From contig JAIOPH010000031.1 in assembly GCA_021414005.1 (NCBI GenBank), positions 111,973 to 175,972 of the forward strand: DNA of 64,000 nt. Reading direction: 5' to 3'. The notes under the pieces are model-generated. The model was not told where the DNA came from and searched no databases. It saw only the letters and a program-made list of their open reading frames with translations. The DNA is from Chthoniobacter sp. Its GTDB lineage: Bacteria > Verrucomicrobiota > Verrucomicrobiia > Chthoniobacterales > Chthoniobacteraceae. Shown piece after piece: positions 19,000 through 28,387 of the stretch (positions are counted from its first letter, which is position 1; each line of letters starts with the position of its first letter). The position numbers and the translations under genes are program-made.

Positions 19000-19753
19000 G
19001 GTGCCGGCCACGCGCATGATCTCCATCCGCCAGATGACCAAAACCCTTGGCACCCAGCAGGTGCTGCGCGGCGTCGATCTGGAGATCGAGCGCGGCGAGA
19101 CGTGCGTGATTCTCGGGCGTTCCGGCTGCGGAAAAAGCGTGCTGCTCAAACATCTGATTGGTCTCTTCCAACCGACGTCGGGCGAGGTCTGGGTGGATGG
19201 CGACGAGATCACCAAACTGCGCGAACGGCAGCTCGGCGGCATCCGCAAAAAAGTCGGCATGCTCTTTCAGGGCGCGGCGCTTTTCGACTCGATGAACGTG
19301 GAGGAAAACCTCGCGTTTCCGCTGCGCGAGGCCGGGGTGAAAAGCGAAGCCGAAATCCGCGACCGCGTGGCCGAGGCACTCGAGATGGTGGATCTGGCGG
19401 GCGAGCAGAAAAAGATGCCCGAGAAACTCTCCGGCGGCATGCGCAAGCGCGTGGGTCTCGCGCGCACCATCGTCGGCCGCCCGGCGTGCCTCCTTTACGA
19501 CGAGCCGACCACGGGCCTCGACCCCATCGCCTCGGACTCGATCAACCACCTGATTCGTCGCTTGCAAAAGCGGTTGCAGGTGACTTCCGTGGTCGTCACG
19601 CACGACATGAGAACCGCCTTCACCACCGCTGACCGGGTCGCGTTTCTCCACGAGGGGCGCACGTATTTTCACGGCACCGTGGACGTGCTGAAAAAGGTGG
19701 CCGACCCGATCATCACGGACTTTATCGAAGGCCGCTCGGGAGACGTGAGCTAG
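18989..19753 (+). CDS. mlaF: MlaF-family ABC ATPase
   Basis: GRSGCGKS, MLFQGAALFDS, LSGGMRKRV, YDEPTTGLDP. Confidence 0.9.
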   Translation: MANEVPATRMISIRQMTKTLGTQQVLRGVDLEIERGETCVILGRSGCGKSVLLKHLIGLFQPTSGEVWVDGDEITKLRERQLGGIRKKVGMLFQGAALFDSMNVEENLAFPLREAGVKSEAEIRDRVAEALEMVDLAGEQKKMPEKLSGGMRKRVGLARTIVGRPACLLYDEPTTGLDPIASDSINHLIRRLQKRLQVTSVVVTHDMRTAFTTADRVAFLHEGRTYFHGTVDVLKKVADPIITDFIEGRSGDVS

Positions 19754-19764
19754 CCACCGAACCC

Positions 19765-20706
19765 ATGAACGCCGAAGGACATAAGACAGAATTTCTCGTG
19801 GGGCTGTTCGTGCTCATTGGCCTGACGTTCATCGCGGCGATGGTCATCATTTTTGGCCGGGTCGGTCAGGGTTTTGAGAAGACCTACCTCATCACCGTCG
19901 AGTTTCCCGATGGCAGCGGACTGGTGAAAGGCTGCGACGTGATGCTCTCGGGTGCCAAGGTCGGCACACTTACCGAAGCGCCGCGGCTCGTCGGCGGGGA
20001 GGATTACGTCGTGGCCGCGCCGCTCAAGATCCGGGAGGACGTCAAAATTCCGAAGCATGCGCTCTTTGTCATCCGCACGCGCGGCATGCTCGGCGACGCC
20101 TTTGTCCACGTCGTGCCGCCGGAAACCTACACGCCCAAGGACTTTCTCCAGCCGGGCGATACCGTCGCCGGATCGCGCGCCGCCGGACTCGACCAGATCA
20201 TGGATACGGTCAAAGGCGAAGTGCTGCCCAAGGTCACGGCGGAACTCGACGAACTGAACAAGGCCACGAAGAGCATTAACGAGCGCCTGCTCGCCGAGCA
20301 AAACATGAAGAACCTGGAAGAAACCCTTGCCAGCTTGAAGGCGTCGTCCGCAGGCTTCGCGCAGGCTTCGAAAAATCTCGACCCGGTGGTCGCGAAGGCG
20401 GGTGAGGCCGTGGATTCCGCCAAGACCGCGCTCAAGTCCATGGACGGCGCGGTCTCCGACGCGCGGGTGACGCTCGGCGACTACCGCAAGGTGGCCGACT
20501 CCGCGAACGCGCTCATCAAGAAAGCCACCACCGGCGACGGCACCCTCGGCACGCTGATCTCCGACAAGCAGTCCGCGGAAAACTTCCGCGCCCTCGTCGC
20601 CAACCTCCGCCGCTCCGGCGTCCTGTTTTACAAAGACCGCACCCTGCCGGGTCCGGCACCCGCGGCAACCCCGCCGCCCGCTTCCGCCCGTCCGCGGGTC
20701 CGGTAA
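19765..20706 (+). CDS. mlaD: MlaD/MCE-family protein
   Basis: N-terminal TM; GLVKGCDVMLSGAKVG MCE motif; helical C-terminus. Confidence 0.85.
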   Translation: MNAEGHKTEFLVGLFVLIGLTFIAAMVIIFGRVGQGFEKTYLITVEFPDGSGLVKGCDVMLSGAKVGTLTEAPRLVGGEDYVVAAPLKIREDVKIPKHALFVIRTRGMLGDAFVHVVPPETYTPKDFLQPGDTVAGSRAAGLDQIMDTVKGEVLPKVTAELDELNKATKSINERLLAEQNMKNLEETLASLKASSAGFAQASKNLDPVVAKAGEAVDSAKTALKSMDGAVSDARVTLGDYRKVADSANALIKKATTGDGTLGTLISDKQSAENFRALVANLRRSGVLFYKDRTLPGPAPAATPPPASARPRVR

Positions 20707-20792
20707 AAATTCGCGGTCAGCCGGCGTGGTTGGTTCGCCGCCTGCTAAAAGGGAAGGGGCTTTTTGCAGTAAGCCCCCCCTCCTTTGCCCAC

Positions 20793-21782
20793 ATGACGCC
20801 GATCCTCACCATCAATCTCCTGCGGACGCTCTTCGTCACGCTGGCGGCCTGCGTGGGGCTGATGATCGCCGAGGAGGAGTTCGTCGGCATGGCGGCGGGG
20901 GCGGCGTTTGGGCTCGCCATCGTGCTCTGCGACAAGCTGGTCAAAGGCATCACCCTGCGCATCTTTTCCTCGGCCACCTTCGGCCTGCTGGTCGGTTTCA
21001 TTTTCGCCAAACTGCTCCTTTCCTCCCGTGTCCTCGCCGTAGCCCCGCCGCAGACGCAATGGGTCTGCGGGCTCATCGTGTATGCCACTTTCAGCTACCT
21101 CGGCATGATGCTCGCCATCCGCAGCAACCGCGACGAGTTCGCGCTCATCATCCCGTATGTGCGCTTCCGGCAGGCCACAGTGCAGGACGCGCCGCTGCTC
21201 ATCGACTCGAACATCATCATCGACGGTCGCATCGCCGGTATTTGCGCCACCGGCTTTCTCAGCAGCTCGCTGGTCGTGCCGCGTTTTGTTTTGGAGGAAC
21301 TCCAGCGGCTCGCCGATTCGGGCGACACCCTCAAACGCGAACGTGGGCGCGCCGCGCTCGACCGCCTCCAGCAGATGCAGCGTGACCCCGCGCTCACCGT
21401 CACCATTCACGAAAGCGAAAGCGCGGACGGTGTGGCCGTCGATACCCGGCTCCTGCTCGCCGCCAAGATGCTCGACGCACGGCTGCTCACCAATGACGGC
21501 AACCTCTGCGCGCTGGCCCGGCTGCAGGGCGTGTCCGTGCTCAACCTCCACGACTTGACCAAGGCGCTCCGCCCCACGCTGGCGGCGGGCGAGGCGCTCG
21601 ACATCGCGCTGGTGAAAGAGGGACGCGACGCTCATCAGGCTGTCGGCTACTTGCCGGATGGCACCATGGTGGTGGTCAATCACGCCCGCCAGCACATGGG
21701 CAAAACGGTCCCCGTGGTCGTCGCCAGCACGCTGCAAACTAGTGCCGGGCGGCTCTTCTTTGCCGATCTGCGGGCGGCGTGA
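20793..21782 (+). CDS. PIN/TRAM-domain membrane protein (YacL-like)
   Basis: Four TM segments; LIDSNIIIDGRI PIN start; LLTND; QAVGYLPDGTMVVV TRAM. Confidence 0.9.
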   Translation: MTPILTINLLRTLFVTLAACVGLMIAEEEFVGMAAGAAFGLAIVLCDKLVKGITLRIFSSATFGLLVGFIFAKLLLSSRVLAVAPPQTQWVCGLIVYATFSYLGMMLAIRSNRDEFALIIPYVRFRQATVQDAPLLIDSNIIIDGRIAGICATGFLSSSLVVPRFVLEELQRLADSGDTLKRERGRAALDRLQQMQRDPALTVTIHESESADGVAVDTRLLLAAKMLDARLLTNDGNLCALARLQGVSVLNLHDLTKALRPTLAAGEALDIALVKEGRDAHQAVGYLPDGTMVVVNHARQHMGKTVPVVVASTLQTSAGRLFFADLRAA

Positions 21783-21863
21783 GGTTTCCCCGCGCGGGGC
21801 ACGGCGTCGCCCCGGAGCTTGCCAATAGCGGCGCGCGTGCGGATTCTCCCCGCCCGAAACTCC

Positions 21864-22742
21864 ATGACCTCAACGCGCCTCGTCTTTCTCCGCCGCCTCG
21901 GCAGTTCGCTGGCGCTGTGGACGGTGGCGCTATGGATCATCTTTTCCGGCTACGAGCCCGGCTTTCTCTTCCTCATCACTACGCTCGGCATCGTGGGCTT
22001 GTGGGAGTTTTACACGATGCTCGATCACAAGCGGCTGCCGAACTTCAAGTTCATCGGCATGTGGTGCGGCCTGCTCTTTAGCTGGGGCAGTTTCTACTAC
22101 TTCAGCAAGGTCGGTCCGGTGCAGTCCTACGACTTCGAGGTGGCCACGCTGCTCTTCTTCATGCTGGTCGTCTTTGGGCGGCAAATGTTCCAGAAGACGC
22201 GCGACATTTCGCCGCTGGAGACAATGGCTTACACCGTATTCGGCCTGCTCTACGTGGTGTGGCTGTTCGGCTTCGTGACGAAGATCGTCTATGTCTTCCC
22301 GCGCGTGAACGGGCACGTCGCCGGCCATTTCTATGTGCTGTGGCTCATCGTCGTGACGAAGTTCAGCGACATGGGCGCCTACCTCACCGGCTCGCTCATT
22401 GGCAAGCATCCGCTCGTCCCGCACATCTCGCCGAAGAAAACGTGGGAGGGCTTTTTTGGTGCGCTCGCCTTTTCCACCGGCGGCGCGTGCGGTCTGCTCG
22501 CACTCATGCCGCAGCAGCTTTCCTATTTGCGGCAAATGGACGCCGTGATCCTGGGCCTCGTACTCGGGTTGGCGGCGATCATCGGCGACCTTGCCGAGTC
22601 GATCATCAAGCGCAGTTGCGACGTAAAAGACTCCGGCAAATTCCTCCCCGGCATTGGCGGCGCACTTGATCTCATCGACTCGATCCTCTTCACCGCGCCC
22701 CTGCTCTTTTTCTACCTCCGCTTCGTCCTCGGCGTGTCATGA
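21864..22742 (+). CDS. cdsA: Phosphatidate cytidylyltransferase
   Basis: SDMGAY, ISPKKTWEG, GDLAESIIKR..VKDSG..LPGIGGALDLIDS. Confidence 0.95.
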   Translation: MTSTRLVFLRRLGSSLALWTVALWIIFSGYEPGFLFLITTLGIVGLWEFYTMLDHKRLPNFKFIGMWCGLLFSWGSFYYFSKVGPVQSYDFEVATLLFFMLVVFGRQMFQKTRDISPLETMAYTVFGLLYVVWLFGFVTKIVYVFPRVNGHVAGHFYVLWLIVVTKFSDMGAYLTGSLIGKHPLVPHISPKKTWEGFFGALAFSTGGACGLLALMPQQLSYLRQMDAVILGLVLGLAAIIGDLAESIIKRSCDVKDSGKFLPGIGGALDLIDSILFTAPLLFFYLRFVLGVS

Positions 22743-22771
22743 GGATGTCTCGCACAAAGGCCCTCTGCCCC

Positions 22772-23878
22772 ATGAGAAGGCGCCGCGTCGTCATCCTCGG
22801 AGCCACCGGTTCCATCGGCGAGAGCGCGCGGAAAGTCGCACGCGACATCCCCGAGCGGATGGAAATCGTCGGCATGTCCGCCCATTCCAATGCCGATAAA
22901 CTCCACGCCGCGGCCAAGGATTTTCCGAACGCGAAGCTCGCCATCTCCAGCGGCCCCGACGGCGTCGAGCGCCTCGTCGAACTCGCCACGCTCCCGGAGG
23001 CCGATCTCGTGCTTATTGCCATCGTCGGCACCGGCGGCTTGCGGCCCGCGCTGGCGGCGATCGAGGCGGGGAAAGACATCGCCGTGGCCAGCAAGGAAAT
23101 CCTCGTCATGGCCGGCGAAGCCGTGATGACCGCCGCGCGCCGCAAGGGCGTGCAAGTGCTGCCCGTCGATAGCGAGCACAACGCCATTTTTCAGTGCCTC
23201 GAGGGCCGAGACTCCCGCGAGGTGCGTCGGCTCATCCTCACCGCCAGCGGCGGCCCGTTTCGCCAAATGCCCGCCGCGCAGCTCGCCAGCGTCACCGTCG
23301 AGCAGGCGCTGAAACATCCCACCTGGACGATGGGCGCGAAGATCACCATCGACTCCGCCACGCTCTTCAACAAAGGCCTCGAAATGATCGAGGCCCGCTG
23401 GCTTTTCGATGTCGAAATGGCCCGCGTGGAGGTCATCGTCCACCCGCAATCCATCGTGCATTCGATGGTCGAGTTCATCGACAGCTCCGTGCTCGCGCAG
23501 CTCTCGACGACCGACATGTGCTTCCCCATCCAATACGCCGTCACCTGGCCCGAGCGCGTGCCGAATTCTCTTCCGCCGCTCGACTTCGCCAAACTCGCCC
23601 GGCTCGACTTCGAGGCCCCGCGCCTCGCCGACTTCCCCGCCCTGACCCTCGCCCGCACCGCCGGCGAAACCGGCGGCACCCTCCCCGCCGTGCTCAACGC
23701 CGCCAACGAAATCGCCGTCGCCGCCTTCCTTGCGCGTCGCTGCAGTTTCCCCGCGATATGGGAAACCGTGGCGCGTGTCATGGGCGAGCACCGTTCCATT
23801 GCGGGCGCGGACCTCGATGCTATCCTCTCCGCCGATTCCTGGGCGCGCACCCGCGCTGCGGAAGTGCTCGGTGTTTGA
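22772..23878 (+). CDS. dxr: 1-deoxy-D-xylulose-5-phosphate reductoisomerase
   Basis: LGATGSIG, ASKE, LPVDSEHNAIFQ, LTASGGPF, WTMGAKITIDSAT, NAANE. Confidence 0.97.
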   Translation: MRRRRVVILGATGSIGESARKVARDIPERMEIVGMSAHSNADKLHAAAKDFPNAKLAISSGPDGVERLVELATLPEADLVLIAIVGTGGLRPALAAIEAGKDIAVASKEILVMAGEAVMTAARRKGVQVLPVDSEHNAIFQCLEGRDSREVRRLILTASGGPFRQMPAAQLASVTVEQALKHPTWTMGAKITIDSATLFNKGLEMIEARWLFDVEMARVEVIVHPQSIVHSMVEFIDSSVLAQLSTTDMCFPIQYAVTWPERVPNSLPPLDFAKLARLDFEAPRLADFPALTLARTAGETGGTLPAVLNAANEIAVAAFLARRCSFPAIWETVARVMGEHRSIAGADLDAILSADSWARTRAAEVLGV

Positions 23879-23914
23879 ACTTCACCGTCCGTCCGGCGTC
23901 TCACCTCTCCTCAC

Positions 23915-25597
23915 ATGGCTATCCTTAAAATCATCGGCATCCTTCTGGAAGTCGTTCTCCTGTTCAACCTGCTCATCGTCGTCCACGAACTCGGGCACTT
24001 CTTCGCCGCGAAATGGCGCGGGGCGATCATCGAGGGCTTCGGCATCTGGTTCGGCAAACCGTTTTGGCAGAAAAAAATCAACGGCGTGAACTACAGCCTC
24101 GGCTGCATCCCGGCCGGCGGTTTCGTGAAGCTGCCGCAACTCATGGATTCCGCCATCGAGGGCGACAGCGAGTATGCGGGCCGGGAGATGCCGAAGCTGA
24201 AACCGCTCGACAAAATCATCATCGCCTTCGCCGGGCCGCTCTTCAGCTTCGGCCTCGCGTGCGTCTTTGCCGTGCTGGTTTGGCAAGTGGGACGGCCGGT
24301 TTCGGAAGGCGAGCGCACCACACGGGTCGGCTACGTCGCTCCGGGCATGCCAGCCGACCTGGCCGGGGTGAAAGCGGGCGACGTCATCCAGAAGATCGAC
24401 GGTTTCCCGATCACCCGCTGGGGCGGCCAAAGCGAAGGCAGTGTGACGTGGCGGATCGCCGGCGGTGAGGAGCCCAAGGTGAAACTCGAAATTTTACGCG
24501 GCGAGGAAGTGAAGACCCTCGAAATCACGCCTGAGGTGGAAAACACGAAATGGTATCAGCGGCGCGGTCTCCGCCACATCGGCATCGCCGGCATGAGCCG
24601 CCCGATGGTGGCGAAAATCGAGCCCGGCACCGCTGCGGAAAAGGCCGGCTTTAAACCGAACGACGTCCTCACACAGGTCGGCGGCGAACCCATTTTCGAC
24701 GACAGCACGATCAGCCTTTGGGCCAAGGCGCATCCCGGCCAGCCCATTCCGATAACCGTCGAGCGCGGAGCCAAGAAGACCGACGGCACGATTCCCACGG
24801 CGGAGATTTCGTTTGAACCGCGCGGCTTCGTCGTCAGCAAAGTCCTCCCTGACAGCCCAGCCTCGCACGCGGGACTGCTCCCCAAGGATCGGGTGCTCGC
24901 CGTCGATGAGCAGCCAGTTTCCTTCGGCGAGAGTTTCACGAACTACATTTGGGCGCACGACGGCCAGCCCATCGCCCTTACCGTGGAGCGCGGCGCGGAA
25001 AAAAAGACGCTCACCGTCACGCCGGAGATTCCGCTGGAAGGCGGCGGCGAAAAGCCAAAGCCGAGCATCGGCATCGTTTACGAGCGCGGGGACGGTTTGG
25101 TCTTCGATGCGCGGGGAAAATTGGACCCGATTTACCCGACGCCCATCGAGCAGATCGGCGAGGCCACCGGCATGATCGTCGAGACTCTGAAAAAACTCAG
25201 CCCGACCTCGAAGAGCGGCATCGGCGTGGGCCACATGGGCGGCCCGGTGATGATGATGCGCGTCTATTACCTCCTGTTTGAGAGCCCCGAAGGCTGGAAG
25301 CTCGTGCTGTGGTTTAGCGTCGTCATCAATGTGAACCTCGCGATCATGAACATGCTGCCCATCCCGCCGCTCGATGGCAGCCACATCACCCTCGCGCTGA
25401 TCGAAATACTCCGCGGCCGTCCGCCCGGTACGCGCACGCAAAAGATGGTCGAATATCTCCAGATTGGCGGCACCATGCTGGTCATCGGGTTCATGCTCTT
25501 CGTCACCATGTACGACGTGCAGGATGTCTTCGGTGGAAAGAAGGAACCGACGCTGCGCTTCAAGCCGCGCCCGCCTGCGGTGCAGCCCGCAGCCTAG
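23915..25597 (+). CDS. rseP: RIP metalloprotease RseP with several PDZ domains
   Basis: VHELGH, FAGPLFS, repeated PDZ motifs, NMLPIPPLDG. Confidence 0.93.
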   Translation: MAILKIIGILLEVVLLFNLLIVVHELGHFFAAKWRGAIIEGFGIWFGKPFWQKKINGVNYSLGCIPAGGFVKLPQLMDSAIEGDSEYAGREMPKLKPLDKIIIAFAGPLFSFGLACVFAVLVWQVGRPVSEGERTTRVGYVAPGMPADLAGVKAGDVIQKIDGFPITRWGGQSEGSVTWRIAGGEEPKVKLEILRGEEVKTLEITPEVENTKWYQRRGLRHIGIAGMSRPMVAKIEPGTAAEKAGFKPNDVLTQVGGEPIFDDSTISLWAKAHPGQPIPITVERGAKKTDGTIPTAEISFEPRGFVVSKVLPDSPASHAGLLPKDRVLAVDEQPVSFGESFTNYIWAHDGQPIALTVERGAEKKTLTVTPEIPLEGGGEKPKPSIGIVYERGDGLVFDARGKLDPIYPTPIEQIGEATGMIVETLKKLSPTSKSGIGVGHMGGPVMMMRVYYLLFESPEGWKLVLWFSVVINVNLAIMNMLPIPPLDGSHITLALIEILRGRPPGTRTQKMVEYLQIGGTMLVIGFMLFVTMYDVQDVFGGKKEPTLRFKPRPPAVQPAA

Positions 25598-25611
25598 CCC
25601 GAGAGCGTCGT

Positions 25612-27477
25612 GTGAACTACTGCGCCTCACCTTTCGCCTACCAGCGCCGCGCCACTCGCGAGGTGCGCGTCGGCCACGTTGGCATCGGCGGGAGCAATCC
25701 CATCCGCGTCCAGTCCATGATCACCTGCGACACCATGGACACGGCGGCGAGCATCCAGCAGACGCTCGACCTCGCGGCGGTCGGCTGCGAGATCGTCCGC
25801 ATCACCGCGCCCACGGTGAAAGATGCGGCCAATCTCCAGCACATCGTCGCCGGGCTGCGCGAACGCGGGTGCAACGTGCCGATCGTGGCCGACATTCATT
25901 TCAAACCCGAGGCCGCGCTGGAGGCCGCGAAATGGGTCGAGAAAGTCCGCATCAATCCGGGCAACTACGCCGATTCGAAGAAGTTCAAGATCCTCGAATA
26001 CACCGACGCGCAATACGCCGCCGAGCTGGAGCGTATCCGCGAGCGCTTTACGCCACTCGTCCTTTTCATGAAGGAGCACGGCCGCGCGATGCGCATCGGC
26101 ACGAACCACGGCTCGCTCAGCGACCGCATCATGAACCGCTACGGCGACACCCCGCTCGGCATGGTCGAGAGCGCGCTGGAGTTCGCCCGCATCGCCCGCG
26201 ACCTCGGCTTCCACGACTTCATGTTCTCGATGAAATCGAGCAATCCGAAGGTGATGATCGAAGCCTACCGACTGCTCGTGGCCCGCCTTTACGAACTCGA
26301 AGCGGGTGAGGCGAGCAGCCGGAATGACGAACCCGCGTCAAACGTGGATTCCGATCCTCGTTGTTCGTCATTCGTCATTCGTCATTCCTCCTGGCTCTAC
26401 CCGATCCACCTCGGCGTCACCGAGGCAGGCGATGGCGAGGATGGGCGCATCAAAAGCGCCATCGGCATCGGCAGCCTGCTCAACGACGGCATCGGCGACA
26501 CCATTCGTGTTTCGCTCACCGAGGACAGCGTCCACGAGATTCCCGTGGCGCAGGCGCTCGTCGCCAGCGTCGCCGCACGAATCCCCAACTCCGATTTCCG
26601 ATCTCCGAATTCCGCGCTGAGCTACGATCCTTTTTCCTACACCCGCCGCGCCACCGGACGCCTGGAGCGCGACGGCGTGGCGCTCGGGGCCGAGGAACTC
26701 GTCCGCGTCGTGATCCGGCAGGCGTCCTTCGCCCAGATCGCCCACAAGGTGAAGGCGATGGGCGACTATCAGCCCGAGATCATCTACGAAAACGCCCGCA
26801 TCGCCGAGATCGACCCGCGCGATCCCGGCGCGTTTGTGCAGATCAACGCCAGCATCCTGCCGCAATTCGTCACCGTCTGCGACGGCCTCGACCTCCCGGT
26901 GATCGCCGCCTTTCGCCTCCTCGCCGCCCGGCTCGACCCACGCCACCCGATCCTGCTCAAGGACACGCTCGAAAATTCCGAACTCCGACCTCCGAATCCC
27001 GAATTTCTCCCCACGCTCCTGACCGCCGCCACGAACATCGGCGCGCTGCTCTGCGACGGGATCGGCGACGCCGTCCTCGTCCAAGGCGAACCCGCTCCCG
27101 GCCAGTCGCTCCGCCTCGCCTACAACATCCTCCAGGCTGCTGGCAGCCGCATTTTCAAAACCGACTACGTGGCCTGCCCGAGCTGCGGCCGCACGCTCTT
27201 CAACCTGCAAATCACCACCGCCAAAATCAAAGCCGCCACCGCGCATTTGAAAGGCGTGAAGATCGCCATCATGGGCTGCATCGTGAATGGCCCCGGCGAA
27301 ATGGCCGACGCTGATTTCGGCTACGTCGGCGGCGCGCCGGGCAAGGTGAACCTCTACGTCGGCAAGACCCCCGTGAAATTCAACATCCCCGAAGCCGAAG
27401 CCGTCGATCGGCTCCAGGACCTGATCCGCGAGCACGGCAAATGGGTAGATGCTCCTCTGCCGGTCCTGGCGGTCTGA
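25612..27477 (+). CDS. ispG: (E)-4-hydroxy-3-methylbut-2-enyl-diphosphate synthase, long form
   Basis: VQSM, VADIHF, RINPGN, RIGTNHGSLS, HLGVTEAG, GDTIRVSLT, ACPSCGR, MGCIVNGPGE. Confidence 0.97.
   Translation: MNYCASPFAYQRRATREVRVGHVGIGGSNPIRVQSMITCDTMDTAASIQQTLDLAAVGCEIVRITAPTVKDAANLQHIVAGLRERGCNVPIVADIHFKPEAALEAAKWVEKVRINPGNYADSKKFKILEYTDAQYAAELERIRERFTPLVLFMKEHGRAMRIGTNHGSLSDRIMNRYGDTPLGMVESALEFARIARDLGFHDFMFSMKSSNPKVMIEAYRLLVARLYELEAGEASSRNDEPASNVDSDPRCSSFVIRHSSWLYPIHLGVTEAGDGEDGRIKSAIGIGSLLNDGIGDTIRVSLTEDSVHEIPVAQALVASVAARIPNSDFRSPNSALSYDPFSYTRRATGRLERDGVALGAEELVRVVIRQASFAQIAHKVKAMGDYQPEIIYENARIAEIDPRDPGAFVQINASILPQFVTVCDGLDLPVIAAFRLLAARLDPRHPILLKDTLENSELRPPNPEFLPTLLTAATNIGALLCDGIGDAVLVQGEPAPGQSLRLAYNILQAAGSRIFKTDYVACPSCGRTLFNLQITTAKIKAATAHLKGVKIAIMGCIVNGPGEMADADFGYVGGAPGKVNLYVGKTPVKFNIPEAEAVDRLQDLIREHGKWVDAPLPVLAV
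26321..26388. repeat. In-frame heptamer element in ispG (TTCGTCA x3 plus an inverted copy)
   Basis: TTCGTCA at 26364, 26371 and 26378; GGAATGACGAA (26321-26331) is the reverse complement of TTCGTCATTCC (26378-26388). Confidence 0.8.
26580..26614 (+). repeat. In-frame degenerate heptamer array in ispG (AATTCCG type x5)
   Basis: aatcccc aactccg atttccg atctccg aattccg. Confidence 0.75.
26974..27001 (+). repeat. In-frame degenerate heptamer array in ispG (AATTCCG type x4)
   Basis: aattccg aactccg acctccg aatcccg. Confidence 0.75.
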
Positions 27478-27504
27478 AGCCCGCTGCCGGAGACGTTCCG
27501 CCCC

Positions 27505-28335
27505 ATGCTCCGTCCCCGCAAAAAATACACAGTCCACGACCTCCAGCAGCTCAAGGGCAAACGCGTCCTCTCGCACATCCACGTCAAATCACCCGAGGAA
27601 GCCGCCGCCGCGGAAGAGGCCGGCGTCGATCTGATGAGTTGCAGCTTCGACAGCCCCGAAGCGCAGGCGCGCCTGCCCGCGCTCGTCGCCGCCGCTCCGC
27701 ACAGCTTCCTCTCCTGCGCCACACCACACGGGCTCGCTTCGCCGGAGGAGGCAATCCGCGTCGCCTTCCGCGCGCTCGAGATCGGCGCGAGCAGCGTCTA
27801 TTGCTCGGCCAGCCCGCTCACCATCGAGGCGATGGCGCGCGAACGCATTCCCGTCGTCGGCCATCTCGGCCTCGTCCCGCGGCACGTCACCTGGACCGGC
27901 TACCGCGCCATCGGCCGCACCGTCGAGGAAGCCACGCAGCTCTTTCACCGCATGAAGGAACTGGAAAACGCCGGCGCCTACGCCGCCGAACTCGAAGTCG
28001 TCCCGCACAACCTCGCGCGCTTCCTTTCGTCGCATACGAAGATGCTCCTTATGTCCCTCGGCTCCGGCCCCGGCTGCGACACGCAGTTCCTCTTCTCCGA
28101 CGACATCCTCGGCGACTACGAAGAACGCCCGCCGCGCCACGCCAAAGCCTACCGCAACTTCGCCGCCGAACACCGCCGCCTCCAGCAGGAACGCCTCGCC
28201 GCCTTCCGCGAATACATCGCCGATGTGCAAGAGGGCCGCTTCCCCGAGCACGGGCATCTGGTGGAAATGGAAGGGCCGTTGCTCGACGAGTTGGTGCGTG
28301 CGATCGGCGGAGTGGGTTCGGGCGAAAAAGGTTGA
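27505..28335 (+). CDS. Divergent PanB-like protein (ketopantoate hydroxymethyltransferase fold)
   Basis: GHLGLVP, ELEVVP, GSGPGCDTQFLFSDDILG and the C-terminal DV..G.FP match PanB, but the GDS and K-x-E motifs are absent. Confidence 0.7.
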   Translation: MLRPRKKYTVHDLQQLKGKRVLSHIHVKSPEEAAAAEEAGVDLMSCSFDSPEAQARLPALVAAAPHSFLSCATPHGLASPEEAIRVAFRALEIGASSVYCSASPLTIEAMARERIPVVGHLGLVPRHVTWTGYRAIGRTVEEATQLFHRMKELENAGAYAAELEVVPHNLARFLSSHTKMLLMSLGSGPGCDTQFLFSDDILGDYEERPPRHAKAYRNFAAEHRRLQQERLAAFREYIADVQEGRFPEHGHLVEMEGPLLDELVRAIGGVGSGEKG

Positions 28336-28387
28336 GCGCCGTCGTGATTGCGTGTCGTCTTCGTTTCTTGTCCTGTCTCGGCAAACT

